Origin: an uncultured Chloroflexia bacterium
GTDB taxonomy: Bacteria > Chloroflexota > Dehalococcoidia > Dehalococcoidales > RBG-16-60-22
Length of the DNA: 64,000 nucleotides
Direction of reading: 5' to 3'
Assembly: GCA_963739515.1 (NCBI GenBank)
Contig: CAVUAO010000003.1
Coordinates: forward strand, 912,387-976,386
The position numbers and the translations under genes were made by a program. Within the stretch, counting starts at the first letter, position 1; each line of letters begins with the position of its first letter. Below, one piece after another: positions 7,830-17,274 of this stretch. A model generated the notes under the pieces. That model had not been told where the DNA came from and searched no databases. It saw nothing but the letters and a program-made list of their open reading frames with translations.

Positions 7830-9377
7830 CTATTTTGGCTTTATCCAAACGTTCGCCGGTTCCCAGTAGCCACCGATGCCGTACTTGTAGAAACCAGTAT
7901 CCATAACTGTCCCATCGGTCATACTGCGGGGAGAATCACCAATGTAAGTGATGATCAGGGACTGATCGTAAAGCTGTTTCTGTGCTGCCTGCATCTGGGC
8001 CATGCGCTTGTTCAAGTCCGGCTGGGCAACTATGGCGGTCATCGCATCCTTCCAACCAGATGGCCAGACCATGCTGGGGTAAGTGAAGATCGGGCTGTTA
8101 TAAAGACCCAGCCAACCTGTAAATGTATCCATGTTGGGGAATCCGGGTACCAGCAGGCCTTCCCAACCATTTTGGGTCAAACCCGTAAACCGTGGTACAT
8201 CGGCCATATCCAGGGTAGTTTTAATGCCGACTGCATCGAGGTAACTCTGGATGGCGACCAGCTGGTCTTTGCGCACTCTGACATCTGAGGTGATCTTGGT
8301 AGTAAAGCCATTGGGATAGCCGGCATCTGACAGTAACTGTCTGGCCTTGACAGGGTCATACTTAATCTGGGGCTGGCCCTGAACGAACCAGGGGTCTTTG
8401 CTGACGCCGTGCTGATAAATCGGGTTCATGGTCCCCTGACCGATACCCTGGGCCATACCCTCCCGGTCAATCGCGTATTCGACCGCCTGCCTCACCTGCA
8501 GTTTTGAAAACGGAGAATCTGCGTTTTTGCTATCAAGGAAGATGCTGAAGATGAAAAACAGTTCATTGAATATTATACCCGTGTATCCTTCCTTTTGCAT
8601 AGCTATGTAATCGGAAGGATCAACGTTCTCCACCCAATTGACTTCTCCCGCTTTCAGTGACAAAAGGGATGTCGGGACGTCCGCATTGTTGCGAAATTCG
8701 ATTGAATTTACATAGGGTTTGCCCTTTTGCCAGTAGCCGTCCCATTTATTATATTTGATATACTGGTCACGCTGCCAGCTATCAAAAGTAAAGGGGCCGG
8801 TCCCCACCAGATGGACTTTAGCCGCGGTGTCAGCCGTCGCAGGTTTGGCCAAAGCGGTGGGGGAAACCATCTGGCCAAGGGTAGAACTGGCCAACAGAGG
8901 GAGAAGACGCGCATCATATTGTTTCATATTCAAGCGAAGCGTGGTAGCGTTAACCACGTCATAGGAGTCTACACCCTGCAAAACATCTGAACCGGATACC
9001 TTGGCATTCACACAGGCTTCCAGGTTGTATTTTACGGCCGCGGCGTCAAAATCTGTCCCGTCCTGGAACTTGATTCCCGAGTTAAGGTGGAAAGTGATCG
9101 TTTTACCATCCGCGGAGACATCCACCGATTTAGCCAGCCAGGGCGCCGGGGCCCCCTTGGCATCCATAATGATAAGGGGTTCCGCAACGGGTGATATAAG
9201 GGGATTATACCAGCTGAAAGATGGCATATCAGACGGGGCGCCCAGGACGGCTATGCCCGTATTGCGGACATAAATAAGCTTGCCTCCAGTGGTGGCAGCT
9301 TTACCGCATCCGAGTAATGATGTGAATGATATGACTAGTACCAGGGATAGGATAAGCAAATAATACCCTTTTTTCAT
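7830..9377 (-). CDS. ABC transporter substrate-binding lipoprotein, family 5 (peptide/nickel type)
   Basis: 515 aa with a lipobox signal (LLGCG). Its size and its position upstream of the two permeases fit this call. Confidence 0.8.
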   Translation of the reverse strand: MKKGYYLLILSLVLVISFTSLLGCGKAATTGGKLIYVRNTGIAVLGAPSDMPSFSWYNPLISPVAEPLIIMDAKGAPAPWLAKSVDVSADGKTITFHLNSGIKFQDGTDFDAAAVKYNLEACVNAKVSGSDVLQGVDSYDVVNATTLRLNMKQYDARLLPLLASSTLGQMVSPTALAKPATADTAAKVHLVGTGPFTFDSWQRDQYIKYNKWDGYWQKGKPYVNSIEFRNNADVPTSLLSLKAGEVNWVENVDPSDYIAMQKEGYTGIIFNELFFIFSIFLDSKNADSPFSKLQVRQAVEYAIDREGMAQGIGQGTMNPIYQHGVSKDPWFVQGQPQIKYDPVKARQLLSDAGYPNGFTTKITSDVRVRKDQLVAIQSYLDAVGIKTTLDMADVPRFTGLTQNGWEGLLVPGFPNMDTFTGWLGLYNSPIFTYPSMVWPSGWKDAMTAIVAQPDLNKRMAQMQAAQKQLYDQSLIITYIGDSPRSMTDGTVMDTGFYKYGIGGYWEPANVWIKPK

Positions 9378-9981
9378 GACTCCTCCTTTTTAAACGTTAT
9401 TTTCCATGATCTGGCCTTATTTTCAAGAGCAACGGAGCGCTGCTCATAAATCTCACTGGCACGTTGATAGATGATGATATCATCCATCATATCAAGGCTT
9501 AACCATTCGATGATAGTTGTGCAAATTCTTTGGCCATAGTTTCCAGAGTCAAGTAAGGAACAACCGAAAATTCAGGGAGAAATTTAATATAAATTTAATT
9601 TGCGCACTCTTATAATAAAAAACATAATCGATAGGGCTAAATAAATTATACACCAAGTTGTCAATAGGTAGATTAAACTAGGCCAGCCATTTTCGCCATC
9701 TAGCCTTCAGGGTATAAACGCCAGTTGTTCGAATGGGAGCTGGTTTCTGTCCTTGGAAGATGCCTGAGAGAAGGTAGAAGAATGACGGCAACACTACAAC
9801 CGGGAACGACCTGTTGGATATTAGGCAATGTATTTCCGTTTGAATTTGCAGCTACAAGTGATAAAATAGGTATAACAGTCTACCAATAAATGGACCTAAG
9901 ATAGGAGCAAGTCCAGATTTCTTGGATATCATAAAAATCTGATCACGTCCGGTGATAAACACTGGCAAAAGGGGTTTAAAA

Positions 9982-10485
9982 ATGAACTACACAAAATATG
10001 GGAGGTATTTTAAAACATACGAGGCAAAACCGGAGGAGATAGAACGCGGGCGTACCGGTATTGTACGTGTGGATCACAATGCCTTTGAAGGATGTAATTT
10101 CTACTGGGTCCACTGGAATCTTCCCCGAGCTGCTGGCCGCTCCGCTGATACTTCCGGCGTAGGACATCCACCCCATATACACAAGGATGCCGAAATCCTG
10201 ATGCTTATTGGCACAAACCCGGATGATCCGACTGATCTGGGGGCGGAGGTAGAATTACAAATGGGTCCGGAGAGGGAAAAACACACGATAACTAAGTCTA
10301 CAGCGGTCTATATCCCCCCGAATCTCATACACTGCCCATACATCATAAAAAGAACGGATAGACCGTGGATATTTATTGAAGTGAATCAAGGGCCTGTTCA
10401 TACTGAAAAATTATTCCCGCAGATATTAACAGAAGAAGAAAAAAAATCCGTAGACTGGTCCAGGTGGAAAGAAGAAGGTTATTAA
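9982..10485 (+). CDS. cupin-like protein of unknown function (paralogue family copy 1)
   Basis: MNYTKYGRYF...HPPHIHKDAEILMLIGTNPDDPTDLGAEVELQMG...AVYIPPNLIHCP. Paralogous to 17275-17733 and to both halves of 62287-63306. Start set at the ATG after AAAAGGGG. Confidence 0.65.
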   Translation: MNYTKYGRYFKTYEAKPEEIERGRTGIVRVDHNAFEGCNFYWVHWNLPRAAGRSADTSGVGHPPHIHKDAEILMLIGTNPDDPTDLGAEVELQMGPEREKHTITKSTAVYIPPNLIHCPYIIKRTDRPWIFIEVNQGPVHTEKLFPQILTEEEKKSVDWSRWKEEGY

Positions 10486-10759
10486 TTAAGAGTCGCATGG
10501 AACCCTTTATTTTAAATTAAGCTAAATCCTCGTTGACAATCAGAAAGTAGCTACGAGTGAATCCGTCTTTCTTTGCCACATTTTGGGGGCCTAACATGGT
10601 GAATGAGGAGAAGTAAGGGGTATTTTTAGATAAAACGTGGGTAGGTGGATTCCATTCCTACCCCATCTCCACCATAACTAAGCTATTTATAGCTTCATCA
10701 ACACCTTGCTACAGCATACCCTTTTCCCTCGATATAGCTATACCTACGACGGAACAGTG

Positions 10760-10785
10760 ATACCCATGTTTGTGCAGTGGTAGTT
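10760..10785 (+). repeat. 26-bp imperfect direct repeat, copy 2 (reads IPMFVQW-stop)
   Basis: ATACCCATGTTTGTGCAGTGGTAGTT. The three differences from copy 1 are all synonymous third-codon positions. Confidence 0.75.
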
Positions 10786-10988
10786 ATTGTTGAACGGATA
10801 ACACAGGGAGAGAGCTGCTGCTCCCGTTCCTAATATAACAATATGACGAACTGTGTACCTCGTCATAATGCCCTGAGGAAACCACGAGTTGACTACCTAA
10901 GCGACCAGGGGGTAGTATAGCAGTAAACGTGACTAGTAGGATGAACTGGAGAGTAATGGTGGAGAAATAGAGCAAAAGGAAAGACCAA

Positions 10989-13663
10989 ATGCCGCAAGTA
11001 GTCATAGAGAACCCCATCTTAAATTCCCCATTCAAAGAACCCACTAAACATTTCAAGTTTTCCGATGAAGGTATCACGGACGAAGTAGTTGAATCTAGGC
11101 GCATAAGTTCCTACTTCGTGCCAATTGCCAAACCTAGGAAAAAAGCCGGCGGGAAACAGCTTGTACTTGATACCGGACTCAGGACAGAGTAGAAGAAAAC
11201 AAGTTCATCAATCGCATCAGAGAAAAAGTGTCCATATGGCGCAAAGGGAATTATGCCGGCATTACCAACACCACCCGTCAATTGCTAGAATACTGGACTA
11301 ATCCGGACAGGGAACGCAAACTATTCTTTTGCCAGATAGAAGCTGTGGAGACCGCCGTTTATCTGGCTGAAGTTGCCAATAAATATGGCGATAACTGGAT
11401 AGAAAACAGCATCAGGGACTTTAATGAAGCTAATAACCCTGGTCTATACCGTGTTGCTTTCAAAATGGCAACCGGTAGTGGCAAAACCGTGGTTATGGCG
11501 ATGCTTATCGCCTGGCAAGTATTAAATAAAATCGTCAATCCTCAGGATGCCAGATTCACCGAAGCTTTCCTCATTGTCACACCCGGCATTACTATTCGTG
11601 ACCGTTTGAGAGTCCTCTATCCAAATGACCCGCAAAACTACTACCAGCAGAGAGATATTGTCTCGTTATCGCAAATGGCAGAGCTAGGCAGAGCCAAGAT
11701 TATCATCACCAACTTTCATACCTTCAAACTGAGAGAGCTGGTTAAAGCCGGGAAGCTGACCAAGAATATCCTGTCTAACGGCCAGTCAAATTCCCTTACC
11801 GAAACGCCAGACCAGATGGTAAGGAGAGTATGCCGAGAATTAGGCAGTAAGAAAAACATCATGGTGATTAACGATGAAGCCCATCACTGCTATCGCCATA
11901 AAGTAGAGGCGGAAGAAATAAAGTTGACTGGTGATGACCGCAGAGAAGCAGAGAAGCGTGAGGAAGAAGCCCGCGTCTGGATTTCCGGGCTGGAAGCAGT
12001 CAAAAGGAAAAATGGTATAAAAGCTATCTAAGACCTGTCAGCTACTCCCTTCTTTTCACGTGGCTCAGGATATTCTGAAGGAACGCTATTCCCCTGGGTA
12101 GTCTCCGACTTCTCACTGATTGACGCCATAGAGTGAGGTATTGTTAAAGTGCCGCGTGTCCCGGTCGCTGACGATTCCATGCAAGGAGAAATGCCCACCT
12201 ACCGTGATATTTGGTTACGTATTCGTGACCACTTGCCTAAAAAGGGCAGAGGCACGAAAGATGAAAGCGCCACCGGCGACCCCAAACCACTAAAAGAGCT
12301 TGAAGGCGCCCTGCTTAGCTTGTACGGTAACTATGAAAAGTACTACCGCCAATGGGAGCAAAACACTGAAGCAAGAGCTAGCGGGGCTACACCACCAGTG
12401 TTTATTGTTGTTTGTAATAACACCAATGTCTCTAAGCTGATCTATGACTGGATTTCAGGCTATGAGAAAACCCTGCCGGATGGTAATTCGGTTGTCGTAC
12501 CCGGCAATTTAGGCATCTTCAGCAATGGCGACTCTTATGGCCAATGGCTACCCATTCCTAATACCATTCTCATTGACAGTGCGCAGCTCGAATCCGGCGA
12601 AGCCATGAGTAAAGAATTCAAGAAAATGGCTGAGGTTGCCATTGAGGAATTCAAGAGTGATTACAGAAAGAGATTCCCCGGACGTGGTACCGAGAAGCTA
12701 ACTGATGAAGACCTCTTGCGGGAAGTTATGAACACCGTCGGCAAAGCCGGGAAATTAGGCGAAAACGTCAGGTGCGTGGTGTCCGTGTCCATGCTGACCG
12801 AGGGATGGGATGCTCAAACTGTGACCCACATTATGGGAGTCCGCGCTTTTGGCACTCAGTTGCTTTGCGAGCCGGTGGTGGGACGCGCCTTGCGCCGCAG
12901 GAGCTATGAACCCGGTGATAATGGCATGTTTGATACTGAATATGCCGAGGTTTATGGCGTCCCGTTCTCCTTCATTCCCTGCTCAGGTACGGACAATGAC
13001 ATCAAACCGCCACGCCCCATCACCCGTGTCCGGGCGCTGGATGATAGAATTGCCTGTGAAATTACGTTCCCGCGTATCATCGGTTATAAATATGACTTGC
13101 CGCCTGAAAAACTAGAAGCCGTCTTCACTGAAGATTCCCTACCGTTTAACGTGCTTGTGGCAATATCTGATACAGCTATCATTCACAGGTCTTCTCAATC
13201 GCATTTCGATAATGTTTGCAAAGCCGACCTTATACCGGATAAAATAGACGAGATTATTAAGGACTACCAAAAAGAAAAGGGCTTCCTCAGTCTATCTTTT
13301 CGACCATTTATATTAAGTGATAACACCAGGGAAGAAATATGCCGATTCCTCATTAAATCTCACTCGCCACTTGTCTCTCAGATTCTAAGAACTACCGCAC
13401 CTGTTCCGCTAGCACAGCTCAAAAAGCAGCCGCATAAGCATGTATATTTTCATTGCAGCAAGTGCAGCAGTACAAAGCTCAATATTCTGTGGGGAAAATA
13501 CGGTTATTATTTCAAATGTAATGATTGTAAAGAGAATACACCAATCAAACAGATATGCCCGAAGTGCAATATCAAGATGAAGCTGCGAAAAGAAAAAAGT
13601 AGGTTCTACACTGAGTGCACTTCATGTGGGGAAACCAACTTGTTCTATACGAACCCTAATTGA
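10989..13663 (+). pseudogene. type III restriction enzyme Res (DEAD/DEAH helicase) subunit, disrupted
   Basis: Three ORF fragments. One frameshift occurs near 11190-11228. There are in-frame TAA (12029-12031) and TGA (12134-12136) stops. Motifs: [26 protein letters not shown]. The AT-rich 3' part encodes unrelated CxxC zinc ribbons. Confidence 0.75.
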
Positions 13664-13777
13664 AAAAATCTTCATTCCACTTGATTGCAAGTTGAAATGG
13701 GAAATCACGGATAAGACATCTTCAGAGGTCATTAGACGGCTAATACATCAAAGATCAAGACTGACATCGAGCCTACA

Positions 13778-14179
13778 GTGAGAGACTGGCTGAAGAGGGA
13801 GATTGGTGACAACACATTGGAAGAGAGGCCTGTGTCATTTCCTTCCGGTGGTACCTACATGTTCGATGCTGTGTCCCAGGACCGACAGATCGTTGGTGCC
13901 ATCCTATGCAATCGTCCCAGAACTAGGACAGGCCGTGAGAACACCGACGGAGTCAGGAAGGCTTTGGCAGAGGTCGAACACATGAAATTGCTCCCAAACA
14001 ACGTTAGTAAAATCATGGTTTTCACGGATCCCGAGTTCTCCAATTTAGTCCAACGCAGAGCAAGCCGTTTCGGTACTGCCAATATTAGGTTTCTCGTTTG
14101 CCATTTACCCCCAGACAAAGAGATACTCCTAAAACGAATACTAGATGAGGCCAGCAAGGAACAGCGTGCAGCTGAGTGA
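13778..14179 (+). CDS. hypothetical protein
   Basis: 133-aa ORF with a non-ATG start and no recognisable motifs. It is listed only because of ORF length and strand continuity. Confidence 0.3.
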   Translation: MRDWLKREIGDNTLEERPVSFPSGGTYMFDAVSQDRQIVGAILCNRPRTRTGRENTDGVRKALAEVEHMKLLPNNVSKIMVFTDPEFSNLVQRRASRFGTANIRFLVCHLPPDKEILLKRILDEASKEQRAAE

Positions 14180-14412
14180 GTTGTAGACAAGGTCGATAAT
14201 ATGTCGGTTAACTCAAGGTTGGAGACTCACCCTGGGAGCTACTGGGGCGGGTTGTCAACTTTGGACATCTCGTCCGGCATCGTAATTATAAGAGTTGTCG
14301 ACAAAAGCGGCACACATTAGGGCGAAGCGTGACGCGTGCCACAAATCGTGCGGCCGCTCTTCTTTAGCCCTTGTTTGACCAAGCAGTCTTCGAACTTGCC
14401 GTTTGTTCCCGA

Positions 14413-15177
14413 TTAGACACGCTTCTTGTGCGCTTCAATCAAGTATCGCTTTGCGGTAAAGGCAAGGCCTTTACCGCTTTCCACCTTACGTTGCAGGCGA
14501 AGCAGATATTTGCTGTGGGTTTCTACCGTGAATCCTGGAACGCCCCACGGAATTGCTTTTAAGTAGTAGACCAGCGAACCGACGTCGGAAAAAGTCATTT
14601 TCCCCGACCATTCTCGCAAATCCTGAATAGTTAGCCCCACTGCTTCTAGCTGGGGTACATAGAATTCCGGAGTGGCATTAGGCCATGGTGGTTTACTATC
14701 GAAGAAAGTGACCATGTCATGGCCCGAGAGCGTGTGGACTTGTTCAGTGAGGAAAACGCCGCCGCGGGCTAGTATTCTGCCCACTTCACTCGGGTTTAGT
14801 CCGGAATGACAGTTTAGGACAAGTTCAAACTCACCATCGCCAAGAGGCATCAGGTGATTGGTAGAGAGAGCAACGTCGACGACCTTCACTCCGAGTGGTT
14901 TCAGGCGGTCCATCGCTAGTTTGAAGTTAGGCGGATAGCCCTCCGTCACGGTCACTTTCTCCGGCCAGTCGGCTTTCATTTCCAGCAACAGCTCGCCACC
15001 GCCGGTCCCCATATCAAGCATCGAGGAACAAAGGTGCATCAATTCAACGGCTCTCGATTTGTAGGACCAGGGGAGAGACTCGATACCCATCTTGCCATCA
15101 AGATAGGAAAAATCCCATCCTGAGAAGGGTTTTTGTTCCTCTTCTTTCCACTGTCTAATCAACTCGTTCGAATTCAC
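14413..15177 (-). CDS. class I SAM-dependent methyltransferase
   Basis: Motif I MLDMGTGGGELLL and overall Rossmann-type pattern. It looks like a small-molecule methyltransferase, not a type III Mod. Confidence 0.7.
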   Translation of the reverse strand: MNSNELIRQWKEEEQKPFSGWDFSYLDGKMGIESLPWSYKSRAVELMHLCSSMLDMGTGGGELLLEMKADWPEKVTVTEGYPPNFKLAMDRLKPLGVKVVDVALSTNHLMPLGDGEFELVLNCHSGLNPSEVGRILARGGVFLTEQVHTLSGHDMVTFFDSKPPWPNATPEFYVPQLEAVGLTIQDLREWSGKMTFSDVGSLVYYLKAIPWGVPGFTVETHSKYLLRLQRKVESGKGLAFTAKRYLIEAHKKRV

Positions 15178-15310
15178 AGCAAACGTGCAGTACCTTTGCA
15201 GAAAATCACTTTATATTAACACGGCTGGGAATCAGGTAACAATACTGACCTGACCCCCTAAAACGATACCGGTTATAGTCTCGTAAAATTGGTAACAATT
15301 GTCCAAATTG

Positions 15311-16903
15311 TTAATATGGTACTACGGGTACTAATAGATAAGAGTCGTACTTGCCGCCTGTATAGATCGAATGCGTCCCTCGGTTCACCGAGGCGTTGAA
15401 CCCGAAGGGGACATTGACAATTTCTCCTCCTCCATATATTCCTGATATGACCAGTCTCAACGTCTCGCTTTTACGGAACAGTGTACTTGAGGGCAATATT
15501 GGTACTTCGCATGACACAACTACACCGGGTTTCACTTTTTCCCCGGGGTCAATTACGCCCTTTGGATAGGGCTCCCATTGAGTTGACTTTTTTTTATCCA
15601 GTTCCCTATGGGAAAGTCGTAACCAGCCAAATGCTACCGGATATCTTCCCAACATCAACCAGGCGTCAAAAAATACTTCGTTATCGTTATGATCGAGCTT
15701 CCTCAACGTAACAAAAAGATCCATGTCTTCTGCTTCCTCGGGGGAAACCCAGAGCTTCAGGCTCATATACCCGGTCAACTCGGTATCTTGTTCGAACTTA
15801 TAATCAAATACGGCCTTGCTGCTGGCGGAGTCATAACTGGCCTTGCTATGTTTACCATCGCTGTCGAATTTCAACCTGTTGTCAGTTGCATCGAGGTACA
15901 GCTTTTTGTATTTGGTTCCTGGGATTGGGAAATCGCCTACATGCCGGACTGTATACCTGTCAAGGGTTTCCCGCGTTTCCAGTCGAACTCGCGGTATGTC
16001 CAGTATCCTGTCGTCAATACCTTTCAGGAAATGATCGAAGAACAGCTTCCTAATTGTTTGTGCCTCAGCAGTATAAAATTCCGCCCATTCTTGCCGGCCA
16101 TGGGTATAAAGCCACTTCTGCCTGGAAGAGATTTTCCGGAACGCCCGAAATGACCCCCTGGTGTGAGTCCCGTGACTCGACCAAGCAGCACAAATAAGTG
16201 TCGGGGCGATAATGTCGGCCAGAAAATCATCCTCCTCTTTTTCAACCGGTGCTGGCGGGTCCTCTTTTTCTGGCGGAGGCCATGCCGGATTATGGGTAAG
16301 CCCGTGGCGGCCTATCAGCTTTCCCCATTCTGTGTCGGGTATGCCGCCCCGAAACATGTTGTCACGGTGATAATCGGTCATGGCTTCCCAGGGAATAAAG
16401 GCTTTCAGGTGCGGTGGGTTTAGGGCCGCGGCACGCCATTGCGAGAATCCGAGAATAGAAACTCCGCTCATCCCAACCTTTCCATTACTCCACTCCTGTG
16501 TGCCGGCCCATTCAATCGCATCATACATGTCCCGAGCCCATAGACCCTGGAATAGTACAGCGTGCTCTCCCACCAAACCATCCAGCTCCGCAGTCCGAAT
16601 TTGCCCCGGTGACCTGTAGAATCCTCTCGGGTCAACGATAATCAACGCATACTCGTGGTTAACCCAGAAAGCCGGGTCTTCAGCCTCAAATGTAGCTGAC
16701 CCTGTGACGGTTGGGCTATATGGCTCATATGCCATCCCCCACCCGTTCGAGGTTGGTGACCAAAGACCATCTTTGGCAAAAGCTGTAAAAGCCAAAATAA
16801 CCGGAAATTTCCCGAGCTTCTCAGGACGGGAAATGTTGGCAGATAGTTTCAAGCCATCGCGCATAGGTATGGGTACATCTTTTTCAATTTTTATTCCTAT
16901 CAT
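15311..16903 (-). CDS. CocE/NonD-family (X-Pro dipeptidyl-peptidase S15-like) serine hydrolase
   Basis: Nucleophile elbow GMSGVSILGFSQW and a roughly 530-aa length. Start set at ATG 16903 (MIGIKIEKDVPIPMRDG), which has AAAGGAGG upstream. Confidence 0.75.
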   Translation of the reverse strand: MIGIKIEKDVPIPMRDGLKLSANISRPEKLGKFPVILAFTAFAKDGLWSPTSNGWGMAYEPYSPTVTGSATFEAEDPAFWVNHEYALIIVDPRGFYRSPGQIRTAELDGLVGEHAVLFQGLWARDMYDAIEWAGTQEWSNGKVGMSGVSILGFSQWRAAALNPPHLKAFIPWEAMTDYHRDNMFRGGIPDTEWGKLIGRHGLTHNPAWPPPEKEDPPAPVEKEEDDFLADIIAPTLICAAWSSHGTHTRGSFRAFRKISSRQKWLYTHGRQEWAEFYTAEAQTIRKLFFDHFLKGIDDRILDIPRVRLETRETLDRYTVRHVGDFPIPGTKYKKLYLDATDNRLKFDSDGKHSKASYDSASSKAVFDYKFEQDTELTGYMSLKLWVSPEEAEDMDLFVTLRKLDHNDNEVFFDAWLMLGRYPVAFGWLRLSHRELDKKKSTQWEPYPKGVIDPGEKVKPGVVVSCEVPILPSSTLFRKSETLRLVISGIYGGGEIVNVPFGFNASVNRGTHSIYTGGKYDSYLLVPVVPY

Positions 16904-17129
16904 TTTTCGCCTCCTTTTTGATGGGACCCTTTTTCTGCTTCTCCCCAAATTAAACAACCAAAATGATAGTTTTCCTTAACTCCAATGTCAATATTTTAAC
17001 GAGAGATTTTTATTTTAAGTCAGTCGCTCGAGAGGGATTACCGACATTCCACGCTATTGTATTTCGATCATCTTTATAGACACAACCTAGTCACATTAGC
17101 TTGAATTGTGTAATTATTCTCACCGTCAG

Positions 17130-17158
17130 TTGACTTAGTGGGTTCTTTTTCTTATAAT
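17130..17158 (+). promoter_or_regulatory. near-consensus sigma70 promoter
   Basis: TTGACT (17130-17135), 17-nt spacer, TATAAT (17153-17158). It points toward attR and the cupin-like gene. Confidence 0.6.
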
Positions 17159-17170
17159 CATTCCAGAAAA

Positions 17171-17195
17171 GGAGGCAGGCGGCCTCCGCCTTTTT
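17171..17195. terminator. hairpin with T-run (terminator-like on both strands)
   Basis: GGAGGC-AGGCG-GCCTCC followed by GCCTTTTT. On the other strand it is also followed by a T-rich run. Confidence 0.45.
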
Positions 17196-17205
17196 CACGG
17201 GCTAC

Positions 17206-17248
17206 ATGGGGTTCAGAAGGTCGGCAGTTCAAATCTGCCCGCCCCGAC
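17206..17248 (+). repeat. attR-like direct repeat (orphan 3' half of tRNA-Pro)
   Basis: 43/43 identity with 5148-5190. No 5' half of a tRNA precedes it. Confidence 0.9.
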
Positions 17249-17274
17249 CATTTAAAAAAGGAAAGACGATAAAA

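Larger units (their letters stand above)
5114..17248. mobile_element. degenerate tRNA-Pro-associated genomic island (about 12 kb between direct repeats)
   Basis: An exact 43-bp direct repeat of the tRNA 3' half sits at both ends. An integrase fragment lies next to the tRNA. Cargo genes are decayed and the segment looks more AT-rich than its flanks by eye. Confidence 0.7.

Noticed and set aside
9473-9484. A 12-bp palindrome (GATGATATCATC) in the divergent region between the ABC binding-protein gene and the cupin-like gene, as an operator.
   Set aside because: It is short, lies in an AT-rich intergenic region where such palindromes arise by chance, and has no second copy or adjacent regulator gene.
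10989-15177. An active type III restriction-modification or other defence system.
   Set aside because: The Res gene carries one frameshift and two nonsense codons. No Mod gene is present, and the nearby methyltransferase has small-molecule-type motifs and is on the opposite strand.
17206-17274. N-terminal extension of track ORF 17206-17733 (MGFRRSAVQICPPRPFKKGKTIK...).
   Set aside because: These codons are the orphan tRNA-Pro 3' half read in frame. There is no RBS. The paralogues start at the equivalent of ATG 17275 (MAKTKYGKYF versus MNYTKYGRYF).
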